Shown here in pieces: positions 9,586 to 17,981 of a stretch of 64,000 nt of DNA. The stretch comes from an uncultured delta proteobacterium. GTDB taxonomy: Bacteria > Desulfobacterota > Binatia > Binatales > Binataceae. The number at the start of each line of letters is the position of its first letter. Position 1 is the first letter of the stretch. The notes beneath the pieces are model-generated. The model saw only the letters and a list, made by a program, of their open reading frames with translations, was not told where the DNA came from and ran no database searches. Location of the stretch: NCBI GenBank assembly GCA_963850125.1, contig CAWKKB010000011.1:92993-156992 (forward strand), given 5' to 3'. A program made the position numbers and the translations under genes.

Positions 9586-10620
9586 TTGGTCGCCACCGAT
9601 GATGAACTTGCGACCTACAACAGAGAAATCCTGGAGAAGTTGATGCCAGAAGAGTTTGTTGTTCCTGAAGAGGAGCGCGTTGGGAACGCCTATACCGATC
9701 TGATTCGCAGGCTCAGCCACCAATCGGTGGTGAAACATTTCGATGCGTACACGGATATCGAATGGGACAATCCCGAGTTCCGCATCGATCACGATGACTC
9801 GCGATGGGAACTCGAGCCGGACGACGTGCTCGGCGCCACCGAATGGTACCGTTCGCAGCCGGCAGGAATCCGGTCGCGGATCGGTCTTCGGATGTTGGCC
9901 AACTTTATGAAGATCGGTGTGATCTTCGAGTACGTGCTGAAGCGCGGGCTGCTGGAATTTGCGGTCGCGTTGCCGACCGGAGCGCCGGAGTTTCGCTACT
10001 GCTACCACGAGACTATCGAAGAGGCGCAACACTCGCTGATGTTCCAGGAGTTTATCAATCGGACTGGTTTCCAGATTCCCGGATTAGGCGGGACCGAACG
10101 CAGGTGCGCGGATTTCGTGGTCAAGTACTCACACAAGTTCCCGGAACTGTTTTTCTTTTTTGTTCTGGCTGGCGAAGATCCGATCGATTATGTGCAGCGC
10201 CAGACTTTGCGCAAGAACCGCCAAGATACCCATCCTTTGATTCGGCGAATCATGCAGATCCACGTCACCGAGGAGGCACGCCACATGAGTTTCGCGCGTC
10301 ACACCTTGCGCAAGCTCGTTCCGGAATTGCGCCCGTTGCGCCGGTGGCGGCTGGGACTTTGTGTACCGATCATCCTGGGCGTCATGGGCAGGATGATGAT
10401 GGAGGCGTCACCGCAGATTGCGCGCGAATATAACATCCCGCGCGAAGTGGTGGACGCTGCATATCGCAAGAATCCGATCCATCGGGCGCGCATGCACGAA
10501 GCTTCGACCAAGCTGTTTGGCCTATGCGAGGAGCTAAGTCTGGTGAACCCTTGGTCAGTCCGTTTGTGGAAGCTGATGCGAATCTTGCCGGAAGCCAGAG
10601 CGTTCGTCCCCGCTCAATGA
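9586..10620 (+). CDS. AurF-like di-iron oxygenase (p-aminobenzoate N-oxygenase family)
   Basis: 344 aa. Carboxylate/His ligand pattern: E in VIFEYVL, ExxH in HETIEEAQH, E in LAGEDP, HxxxExxH in HVTEEARH. TTG is the only start candidate after the in-frame stop at 9499. Confidence 0.7.
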   Translation: MVATDDELATYNREILEKLMPEEFVVPEEERVGNAYTDLIRRLSHQSVVKHFDAYTDIEWDNPEFRIDHDDSRWELEPDDVLGATEWYRSQPAGIRSRIGLRMLANFMKIGVIFEYVLKRGLLEFAVALPTGAPEFRYCYHETIEEAQHSLMFQEFINRTGFQIPGLGGTERRCADFVVKYSHKFPELFFFFVLAGEDPIDYVQRQTLRKNRQDTHPLIRRIMQIHVTEEARHMSFARHTLRKLVPELRPLRRWRLGLCVPIILGVMGRMMMEASPQIAREYNIPREVVDAAYRKNPIHRARMHEASTKLFGLCEELSLVNPWSVRLWKLMRILPEARAFVPAQ

Positions 10621-10649
10621 ATACAGCGGACAACTGAAACGGAGTCTCG

Positions 10650-11375
10650 TCAGCCAGCTAGTCGGGCAACAGGAGCCACATGGCCGCCACGGGTCTCGTC
10701 GCCAGTTATCTGACCGTCGCGCAAACGGATCAAGCGATGAGCCCGCTCCATCACCTGCGGATCGTGGGTGGAGAAGAGGAAAGTTGTACCAGTCGTTTGA
10801 TTAAGCTGCTCCATCACGTCAAGGAGGGCGATAGCCGAGGCCGAATCCAGATTCGCCGTGGGTTCATCCGCCAGGATTAGCGCAGGTTCCGTAACCATCG
10901 CTCGAGCGACGGCGACTCTCTGTTGCTGACCGCCGGACAACTCTGCGGGGCGACGATCTTCAAGTCCGGCGAGTCCGATTTCTGAAAATAGTTTTTCGAC
11001 CTTCTCTCTACGCTGTCGTGCAGGCATCCCCTGGAGGAGCAAGGTAAATTCCGCGTTTTCCAAAGCGGTAAGGACAGGCAGGAGGTTGTAGGTCTGGAAC
11101 ACAAAGCCGATGCGCTGCAAACGCAGATGCGCCAGCTCACCTGCAGACAGCAGCTGAATGTTCTGCCCTGCTACCCAGATCTCGCCAGTGTCCGCCCGAT
11201 CGAGTCCGCCGATGATGTTGAGCAGGGTGGTTTTGCCTGAACCGGACGGACCCGCAGTAGCAGCGAATTCGCCGGCGCCGATAGTCAGAGTGATACCGCG
11301 CAAAGCAGGGACCTCGATAGGACCGGTGCGATAGGTCCTTCGCACATCCTTCAATTTAATCGCGAATTCGTCCAT
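10650..11375 (-). CDS. ABC transporter ATP-binding protein, LolD/MacB type
   Basis: Walker A GPSGSGKTT, signature LSGGQQQRVAVARA, Walker B LILADEPT, H-loop STHD. Confidence 0.92.
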   Translation of the reverse strand: MDEFAIKLKDVRRTYRTGPIEVPALRGITLTIGAGEFAATAGPSGSGKTTLLNIIGGLDRADTGEIWVAGQNIQLLSAGELAHLRLQRIGFVFQTYNLLPVLTALENAEFTLLLQGMPARQRREKVEKLFSEIGLAGLEDRRPAELSGGQQQRVAVARAMVTEPALILADEPTANLDSASAIALLDVMEQLNQTTGTTFLFSTHDPQVMERAHRLIRLRDGQITGDETRGGHVAPVARLAG

Positions 11376-11387
11376 ACGTCCTCTCTA

Positions 11388-12683
11388 CTAAAGCACCTTC
11401 AGAGCATCAGGCAGGTCTGTTCGAGCTGCCTTCAGGGCAGGATAAAAAGAAATGATCGTAGCCATCGCGAATACAATGCTGACGGACCAAACAATGCGGT
11501 CCATACTCAGGCGCGAGTAGAGAATAGGATCGAAAACAAGCGCGGGCGGAAGACCCGTCTTGAATACCCACCGCAAATCCAACCCCGCCGTGGCGAAATA
11601 ATGCTGCACGCTCAAGCCCAAGGCGAGCCCCAGGGTCAGGCTAATAGCAGTGAGGGCGAGCGACTCGCCGACAACCATTACTGCAAGCTGCCGAGGCCGC
11701 AGCCCGAGAGCTTTGCTGACGCCAAATTCATACCGGCGCTCGAGCACTCGCATAAGAATCGTGTTGAGTATTCCCAGCCCTACCATCGCGAGGATTACGC
11801 CGTTCATGATGTAGTTGAAGGCGTGGTCCAATCCCAGGATCTGGGCGAGCATCGGCAGAGACTCCCGCCACGTCAGAACTTCAACCGGAGATCCCGCCAA
11901 CTGCTTTCGCAACGCTCTTGCTACCAGCGGCGAATCACCTTCCTGCACAAGCAGGAGTGCTACTTGAGTTACCTGGCCGTCGGAAACTTCGAGCAAGGCC
12001 TGCGCTGTCGACAAGGGCAGGAAAATCATGTTGGCATCGATCGCCTGGAGCCCGGTGCGAAAGATACCACTCACTCGCAAAAGATTGCTTTGCATCTCAT
12101 CGCCACTGTCAGACCCGGCTTTGGTGCCGGGAGGCCGCAGCGCCTGAGTCATCAGCACTGCTTTGGAACCTATCTTCAGCTCGAGTTTGCGAGCCAGTTC
12201 GTCGCCGATAACGACACCGGAGAGCTTGTCATCACTGGTCAGCCAGGTTCCTTCAACCATGCGCTGTGGGATCAATGATACCTTGTAGTCATCCTTCGGT
12301 ATTACCCCTACTATTCTGACACCTGCAGAACTGGCGGATGAACTCATGAGGCCAGTGGCTAAGAGCCGGGGACTAACTCCACGCACAACCTTTTTCATGT
12401 TCCCGGTTTGCAAAAATCCTTCGACGTTGGACACCACCTGAGCCGGGAGCAGGAGTTCGTCGGAGCTGGAGTCCTGGTAGCCCTTAGTTTGGACGACTAC
12501 ATGCCCCGGTCCAAACCTGACCCCATCGGCAATCGTTTGTTCGTGACCGCCGTCGAGCAGGCCTAACGAGATCAGCAGCAACGCCAGTCCCAGACCGAGA
12601 GCCAGTGCGGTCAGCAGCGTACCTCGAGGATTGCGCCAAAGGTTGCGCCAGCTGATCTTCGCGAGGAGGTATAGATTTGTCAC
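11388..12683 (-). CDS. FtsX/LolC-LolE-type ABC permease (second copy)
   Basis: The ORF track extends to 12821, but those 46 extra codons overlap the upstream permease. GTG at 12683 lies 2 nt after that gene's stop and gives VTNLYLLAKISWRNLWRNPRGT, the canonical FtsX-family N-terminus. Large extracytoplasmic loop plus C-terminal TM bundle. Confidence 0.85.
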   Translation of the reverse strand: MTNLYLLAKISWRNLWRNPRGTLLTALALGLGLALLLISLGLLDGGHEQTIADGVRFGPGHVVVQTKGYQDSSSDELLLPAQVVSNVEGFLQTGNMKKVVRGVSPRLLATGLMSSSASSAGVRIVGVIPKDDYKVSLIPQRMVEGTWLTSDDKLSGVVIGDELARKLELKIGSKAVLMTQALRPPGTKAGSDSGDEMQSNLLRVSGIFRTGLQAIDANMIFLPLSTAQALLEVSDGQVTQVALLLVQEGDSPLVARALRKQLAGSPVEVLTWRESLPMLAQILGLDHAFNYIMNGVILAMVGLGILNTILMRVLERRYEFGVSKALGLRPRQLAVMVVGESLALTAISLTLGLALGLSVQHYFATAGLDLRWVFKTGLPPALVFDPILYSRLSMDRIVWSVSIVFAMATIISFYPALKAARTDLPDALKVL

Positions 12684-12685
12684 TG

Positions 12686-13945
12686 TCAGACCTTGCGCAT
12701 CGCTTCGGTCGGCCGGAGCTGAGCAGCGCGCCAAGCGGGATAGAGCGCAGACACCAGCGCGGTTGCGGCGAGGCCGACTGCTGCCTCGCTGTAAGCGGAA
12801 AAATCCTGCCGGCCGTACCATAGATGGCCCACCACCACTCCTGCGACGGAGACCACCTCGCCGGTAGCGCCACCCAAATCCAGACCGTGTACCTGCAAAT
12901 ACCAGAGCAGCGGAACTCCAAGCGCCGCTCCCACGACCAGACTGGCGACGCCTAAGCCGGCAGCTTCCGTCAGGATCAGCCTAATCACCTGGGCGGGGCG
13001 CATACCGACGGCCATCAGCATGCCAAATTCGCGGGTGCGCTCGAACACCGCCATGAGCATCGTGTTCATGACACCGATGACAGCCACCAGGAAAAAAATG
13101 AAAAAGAGAACCACCGTGACGCCGTGATTGAACTGAACGTAGTTGGCCAATTCGGGCGCGAGCTCAGGCCATGCCATCACCCGCACGGGGAGAGTCTTGC
13201 CCAGCTTGACCTCGAGTGCGGCAGCCACGCTGGTAGCTGCCTCTATGTGATTCAGCTTGATACCGACTTCGTGGATCCTGGCAGGTGCGAGGTGCAGAAG
13301 GTCCTGTAACGAAGAGAGAGACATCAGAACCAGACCCCGGTCGACCGCATCAAGACCCGTGTGAAGAATTCCCACGACGGTGTAAACGTCATTGCCCATC
13401 GATCCGTCAGCCGCCCGCGTCAGCAGAACGATTTCTGAGTTCAACTCGATACCAATCGTGCTGGCGAGTTTGTCTCCTATCACCACTCCTTTTGGCACCC
13501 GCGCGGTCAGGTAACTACCTTTCGCTATCTGGGTGTTGAGAGTGGTGATTTTAGGTTCCTGATCGGGTACGACTCCCATCAGCTCCACACCGGCGGAGCG
13601 ATGGGCCGCACTTAGCAAGGCGTATCCGTAAACCCTCGGAGCGACGGCAGAGACGCGACGATCGGCAGAAATGGAGGCGAGCAATGCGGCGATATCCGTA
13701 CCCTTTTTCCCGCCCAAAGTCTTCTGCAGGGAACGATTCGGGTAGTAGCCGGGAGCATGTATCTGGATCTGAGACATGACCAGACAGGTGCCGTTCTGGA
13801 TCATCTGCCATCGCAAGCCTGCCATAAGGCACGCGACGAACAGCAGCATCGCATAGCCGAATGCTATAGCCGCCATCGTGATAAAGGTGCGGCGACGATT
13901 GCGCCAGAGATTGCGCCACGCCAGTTGTAGAAGTCCTCCGCTCAT
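12686..13945 (-). CDS. FtsX/LolC-LolE-type ABC permease (first copy)
   Basis: 419 aa. N-terminus LQLAWRNLWRNRRRTFITMAAIAFG, large periplasmic loop, C-terminal FtsX TM helices, ends ...LRPTEAMRKV. Confidence 0.88.
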   Translation of the reverse strand: MSGGLLQLAWRNLWRNRRRTFITMAAIAFGYAMLLFVACLMAGLRWQMIQNGTCLVMSQIQIHAPGYYPNRSLQKTLGGKKGTDIAALLASISADRRVSAVAPRVYGYALLSAAHRSAGVELMGVVPDQEPKITTLNTQIAKGSYLTARVPKGVVIGDKLASTIGIELNSEIVLLTRAADGSMGNDVYTVVGILHTGLDAVDRGLVLMSLSSLQDLLHLAPARIHEVGIKLNHIEAATSVAAALEVKLGKTLPVRVMAWPELAPELANYVQFNHGVTVVLFFIFFLVAVIGVMNTMLMAVFERTREFGMLMAVGMRPAQVIRLILTEAAGLGVASLVVGAALGVPLLWYLQVHGLDLGGATGEVVSVAGVVVGHLWYGRQDFSAYSEAAVGLAATALVSALYPAWRAAQLRPTEAMRKV

Positions 13946-14712
13946 TGTTTCTGGTTGGGCAGTGAAAACGTCCCTGCGACGATTGGTACGTCGAAAGCGA
14001 TATCTTCGTAGTCAATTGTGGTGTGCGCGCCGGCCTTGTCCGCCGATTGCATGACCAGGCGGGTCGGGATGACCTTGCCGCTCTTTGTTTTGTACTCTGA
14101 GAACGTTAGCTCCCGAGCCAGCTTCCCGTCCTCGCCATAATAACCTTGCCAGGTCGGAACCGAGTCCGCCTGCCGAAACTGGAGAACGATCTTCCCCCAC
14201 ACGACCGCCGCATCCGGCTTTGGGGTCAAGGTGTACTCATAGACCGCAACCCCGCCGCGCTTTCCGTCGTAGGAATTGGCAATAGTATAGTCGCGCGTCA
14301 GGAAAGGCTCTTTGACGAGATCATCGATGGTGAAGTCGCTTCCCATCCACGAAGTCATCGCCATCGACGCGGGAATCTTGACTGTACGATTCGATTTCGG
14401 CAGGTAGTACCTGATGTCGCTGCCTTCCTTCAGAATGGCGGTGCCCGCTTCATCCTGGGGACTGGTGATACGTACAAGGACCTTGTCGCCCAGCGACCAG
14501 ATCTTCATCGATAGATCGCGTTGTCCATCTTCATTGGAAATCTGCATCTTGACGGTCGCAACGCTGGACTTGCTGCTGAAGAGACTGGCTACCCGATCCA
14601 CCGCCGCTTGCGCTTGCTTGTCGTCGGAAGCATGAGATACCGGTGCCACGCTCAAGCATACCAGACCTACAACCATTGCTACGCTTAAATATCTGCGATT
14701 TGTGAAAGTCAT
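13942..14712 (-). CDS. LolA-like periplasmic protein (outer-membrane lipoprotein-sorting protein family)
   Basis: 256 aa. Signal peptide MTFTNRRYLSVAMVVGLVCLSVAPVSHA without a lipobox Cys. Body resembles the LolA_like fold family (…MKIWSLGDKVLVRITSPQDEAGTAILK…YYLPKSNRTVKIP…). Its stop region overlaps the start of the downstream permease gene by 4 nt. Confidence 0.7.
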   Translation of the reverse strand: MTFTNRRYLSVAMVVGLVCLSVAPVSHASDDKQAQAAVDRVASLFSSKSSVATVKMQISNEDGQRDLSMKIWSLGDKVLVRITSPQDEAGTAILKEGSDIRYYLPKSNRTVKIPASMAMTSWMGSDFTIDDLVKEPFLTRDYTIANSYDGKRGGVAVYEYTLTPKPDAAVVWGKIVLQFRQADSVPTWQGYYGEDGKLARELTFSEYKTKSGKVIPTRLVMQSADKAGAHTTIDYEDIAFDVPIVAGTFSLPNQKQ

Positions 14713-14717
14713 AGCTA

Positions 14718-15791
14718 TTACCCAGCCCTATCTGCAGTTACGTATTCGCTTTCGATCCCGACCGCTTCCCGCGCGAGCGGCGCTCCCATAGCCAGTCCCA
14801 TAGGTATCCGAACCAGGAAATTAAAAACTGTTACTGCCAGCGACAGAGCGAACAGATCGTCCTTGGAGGCAAAGCGGGCGAATGCCAGGGTGTACACCAA
14901 CTGAGTTGTTCCGATTCCACCGGGTGAGAGCGCAGAATTTCCGATCGCCACAATGAAGGGTGTCAATGCAAGCGTCTGCGCGAGCGACATTCCGATATGA
15001 AAACTCATGAACTGGCCATAAAGCGCAAAGCCGGCTCCGACGACGATTAGAAACCTGATGCCGAGAAGCTTGATGCATTGCGAAAGCCGCGCCGTCCGGA
15101 AACTCGCCATCGAGGGCCGGTCGTAGATCCATCGGAGCCAATTGCCGGAAGAGAGCCGCTCTCCCCAAACGAGGAAAAAGGAGGCGATCAAAGAGCCTGC
15201 AGCTAGTGCGCCTGCCGCGTAGCTCAGACCCAGGCGAATCGGAGACGACGGCACGAAAGCCATCGCGAAAAGCGCGAGGGCGGCCAGCAGAACAGCGTCG
15301 AGATACGCCTGGAACAGCAAGGTGCATCCGACCATTAGCCACGGCGCGCGCTTGCGTGCGTGCAGAAAAAGCACGAACGCGCCGCTGGCGACGTAAGTGT
15401 TCACAATTTGAAGGAAGTAAACGGCGGCCATCGTCGGGAGCAGTTCGACCTCGCCGGTCGGACCGTGAAAATAACTGAACAATCGAGAATACAGGACCGT
15501 CTCGCCGATGAACCAACAAAGAAAACCGCCCAGGCTGGCAACGACAAAAATCCAGATGGTAGCGTGGCTGGTGGCCTCGACCACCTGATGCCACGAAACG
15601 CCACGTGCCGCATAACATACGATTGCCGCAGCTATCGCATAGGCGATGAGGTTCTGCACCAGCGGTTTGCGAACCGCGGAACTCAGGACCTTCAGATCAA
15701 ACCTGCGTGCCCGGCCTTGCGTCCCGGATCGTTGTTCCGCTGTGGCGCCAACCAGGGCCGAAGTGAGGTCTTTTCTTGTAGGTACTTGCAA
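14718..15791 (-). CDS. Polytopic membrane protein, UPF0104 / LPG_synthase_TM (MprF flippase-domain)-like
   Basis: 357 aa with about 8 hydrophobic helices and a basic cytoplasmic N-terminus. Overall pattern resembles the flippase-like domain family. Call made by eye only. Confidence 0.55.
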   Translation of the reverse strand: MQVPTRKDLTSALVGATAEQRSGTQGRARRFDLKVLSSAVRKPLVQNLIAYAIAAAIVCYAARGVSWHQVVEATSHATIWIFVVASLGGFLCWFIGETVLYSRLFSYFHGPTGEVELLPTMAAVYFLQIVNTYVASGAFVLFLHARKRAPWLMVGCTLLFQAYLDAVLLAALALFAMAFVPSSPIRLGLSYAAGALAAGSLIASFFLVWGERLSSGNWLRWIYDRPSMASFRTARLSQCIKLLGIRFLIVVGAGFALYGQFMSFHIGMSLAQTLALTPFIVAIGNSALSPGGIGTTQLVYTLAFARFASKDDLFALSLAVTVFNFLVRIPMGLAMGAPLAREAVGIESEYVTADRAG

Positions 15792-15915
15792 AACGACTTT
15801 CAGAAAGCGACGGTGATCGTCAAAGAGCTATCAGGCAATGAGAGCGGCAGGCCCGATGCGCTAAGTCGCATCAAACAGGTCTACCGCTCCCTAAGAGGAA
15901 CAGCTGAACAGCTTC

Positions 15916-16233
15916 CTAGTAGTTACTGGTGCTACTGCTCGAGGTGTGCTCGCTCGAATCACCACTGGGCGAGCTGTTGCTCGAACTCGATGCCGAGTGG
16001 TGTTCGGTGGTGGTAGACGGTTCAACAACAACCGGAGCCGGCGCCGCAACGACAATCGGAGGAGGCGGTGCGACGACTACAGGAGCCGAGTATACCGCAA
16101 CCGCCGGCGGCGCCGAAGTTGTGGTCTCGGTCGAGCTGGTGCTGTTAGTAGTTTGGGCGAATCCGACCGCTACGCTGCAGAACAGCACCGCGATCCCGAA
16201 AGACAAAGCCGCAGTTCTCAATGAATTCTTCAC
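15916..16233 (-). CDS. Secreted Ser/Thr/Pro/Val-rich low-complexity protein
   Basis: 105 aa. Signal peptide MKNSLRTAALSFGIAVLFCSVAVGFAQ, then TTNSTSSTETTTSAPPAVAVYSAPVVVAPPPPIVVAAPAPVVVEP and a Ser-rich tail. Confidence 0.6.
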   Translation of the reverse strand: MKNSLRTAALSFGIAVLFCSVAVGFAQTTNSTSSTETTTSAPPAVAVYSAPVVVAPPPPIVVAAPAPVVVEPSTTTEHHSASSSSNSSPSGDSSEHTSSSSTSNY

Positions 16234-16539
16234 AATGACAATCTCCGTTCGTTACTGATGATAGGTCCATTCCAGAGTAAGACTGTATTCAGCTTACCAG
16301 CAAGGCCGGCGTGAGGTACCGATTGCTGTTTGGGTGCTCCGGAGAACGCTATCGGACACGTCGTGCGTTTGCGGCGGTCGATTCAGTCCTTGCAGACGCA
16401 TTCCGGCTGCTAATCGATTGCGTGCAGGCACATTCTATTGAGTTCCTTAAGTAAGAAATTTTTTGTCCGGCAGGTGACATTAGTTTCTCTCGCGCCTACC
16501 AAAAGAGTATGATCGTTACATCATGCGAAACGTGCAATA

Positions 16540-17271
16540 TTGAATGAGCTTAAGAGCAATCATCACACCGACCTCGACCACCTGAGCAACCTGAGGGTTC
16601 TTTCCTGGCTTTCTCCCGCAGAACTTACCTTGCTGGTGAGTGCACTCTCGCTTACCAACTTCAAACGACGCGCGGTGATCGTGCAGGAAGTTGCGCTAGC
16701 CTCTGAAGCGCATATTTTGTTAACCGGCATCGCGCGGATCACTTGCATGAACTCGCGCAACGAGCGGGTGACGGTCGCATTGATCGCGCCCGGCCTGATT
16801 CCCGAGCTTCCGGCGTTGCCGATGAGCAGGTCCGGTTTCCAGTGCGAGGCTTACAACGATTGCAGAGTCGGCACCCTTAGCCTGGATAAGTTCGATAGCA
16901 TCACTGAGAAATCCGCCGAGTCGGCGTTCAGGCATCTCCACGAAAACGATTTGAAGCAATGGTATCGGTTGTTGCTGCGTAGCAGCACCTTTTTGAACCT
17001 CGGACTTCATGAACGAATCGCGATTACGCTGCTCGAATTATGTTCGGATTTCGGAGTCGAGGAATCGCGCGGCACCTTGCTGAGAGTATCTTTCAGCCAG
17101 AAGGACATCGCCAACCTGGTCGGAGCCTCGCGGCCCAGAGTGACTGAACATCTGGCGCGGCTCGAGCGCGAAGCTTTCGTGATTCGCCAAGGACGACAGC
17201 TGATCGTGCGGGTCGCCCAGCTCCAGGAATCGATTGGAGCGCATGCCAAACTAGTCGGCCTGCCATCGTAG
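16540..17271 (+). CDS. Crp/Fnr family transcriptional regulator
   Basis: 243 aa. N-terminal cNMP-binding-like beta-roll and C-terminal HTH (SQKDIANLVGASRPRVTEHLARLEREAFV). No N-terminal Cys cluster of Fnr proper. TTG start. Confidence 0.85.
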   Translation: MNELKSNHHTDLDHLSNLRVLSWLSPAELTLLVSALSLTNFKRRAVIVQEVALASEAHILLTGIARITCMNSRNERVTVALIAPGLIPELPALPMSRSGFQCEAYNDCRVGTLSLDKFDSITEKSAESAFRHLHENDLKQWYRLLLRSSTFLNLGLHERIAITLLELCSDFGVEESRGTLLRVSFSQKDIANLVGASRPRVTEHLARLEREAFVIRQGRQLIVRVAQLQESIGAHAKLVGLPS

Positions 17272-17304
17272 CCAGCGCGTCGACTAAAACTAAAACAAGC
17301 GAAT

Positions 17305-17358
17305 CAAAAAAGAGGCACGCGTTGACTTCACCATGCGGGCATTTGGTCAAGCGTGCCT
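17305..17358 (-). terminator. Rho-independent terminator-like hairpin read on the minus strand
   Basis: 13-bp stem with one bulge (AGGCACGC-G-TTGAC at 17313-17326 pairs with GTCAAGCGTGCCT at 17346-17358), 19-nt loop. On the minus strand it is followed by C then TTTTTT (17311-17306). Confidence 0.45.
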
Positions 17359-17613
17359 TCGGCTCTCGGGGGGTGAGGAGCCGATGATCACTGTTCAGTT
17401 AGGCGCGCGCAGTTAATGATACCGATGGAACGTTACAAGCAGAACTAATCTGAACGCTTATGCGCGGCGAAACGGAACCTTCACCCATGGACGTAAGCTT
17501 CTTTTGTAGGATCGAATTGCTATCTTCATGAGGGTAGCTATAGGAGATGGCGCTTCGAATCGGTACTTTTGGTGCTTCACATAGCCAAAAGAGCAGCCTC
17601 ACCGTAGCCTTTG

Positions 17614-17730
17614 CATCGCACCAAATGTAGTGTCTGTCCGTTGGGATCGACATAGGAATCGAGCCTGACTTTGATCCAGCCTGACCTGTGGCCCTTCCGC
17701 TCGCCTTTGACCACGCTCCGCTAGACCAAC
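17614..17730. repeat. Arm A of an imperfect inverted duplication
   Basis: Aligns without large gaps to the reverse complement of 18506-18621, roughly three quarters identical by eye. Identical blocks: GGATCGACATAGGAATCG (17644-17661) and CGCTAGACCAAC (17719-17730). Confidence 0.75.
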
Positions 17731-17768
17731 GCAAAATTGTCAGACAGGAAGGCTTGAGGGAGACCCCC

Positions 17769-17981
17769 ATGGGACGACCTCGTTTCCGTCCAGTCCGGAA
17801 CACACTGGCCGCGATCGTCGTAGCCGGCGGAATGGTCCTGACGGTTGCCGCTCCAGCCGCGGCTGCGCCCTGGCAGAAGGCGTGGGGCGATTACGACAGT
17901 CATCAGCAATGGCATGACGCTGGTTGGTGGATGCGGAGCCGGCACGACTGGGTCATCGTTCATCACCCGGAATGGAACTGA
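17769..17981 (+). CDS. Small secreted Trp/His-rich protein (70 aa)
   Basis: ATG at 17769 preceded by GAGGGAG. MGRPRFRPVRNTLAAIVVAGGMVLTVAAPAAAA looks like a signal peptide. Predicted mature part is APWQKAWGDYDSHQQWHDAGWWMRSRHDWVIVHHPEWN. The ORF track offers an upstream GTG at 17688 as an alternative start. Confidence 0.5.
   Translation: MGRPRFRPVRNTLAAIVVAGGMVLTVAAPAAAAPWQKAWGDYDSHQQWHDAGWWMRSRHDWVIVHHPEWN

Noticed and set aside
12684-12821. N-terminal extension of the second FtsX permease given in the ORF track (start 12821)
   Set aside because: It would overlap the upstream permease by 136 nt and encodes an Arg-rich non-homologous peptide. GTG 12683 restores the canonical WRNLWRN N-terminus.
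15929-16258. Two plus-strand ORFs (15929-16258, 15946-16224) opposite the Ser/Thr/Pro-rich gene
   Set aside because: Mirror images of a low-complexity repeat. Only the minus-strand frame has a signal peptide and a sensible start context.
16234-16539. Searched the Crp-regulator divergent promoter region, and also 39401-39707, for TTGAT-N4-ATCAA or TGTGA-N6-TCACA palindromes
   Set aside because: Only half-site-like fragments are present (e.g. TTGATGCGTCGAAT at about 39564). Nothing convincing enough to report as an operator.
17399-17803. 134-aa minus-strand ORF as a protein-coding gene
   Set aside because: No family resemblance, odd composition, and it overlaps repeat arm A and the start of the plus-strand small protein. 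Retained only as possible evidence for a minus-strand transcript (see the terminator finding).
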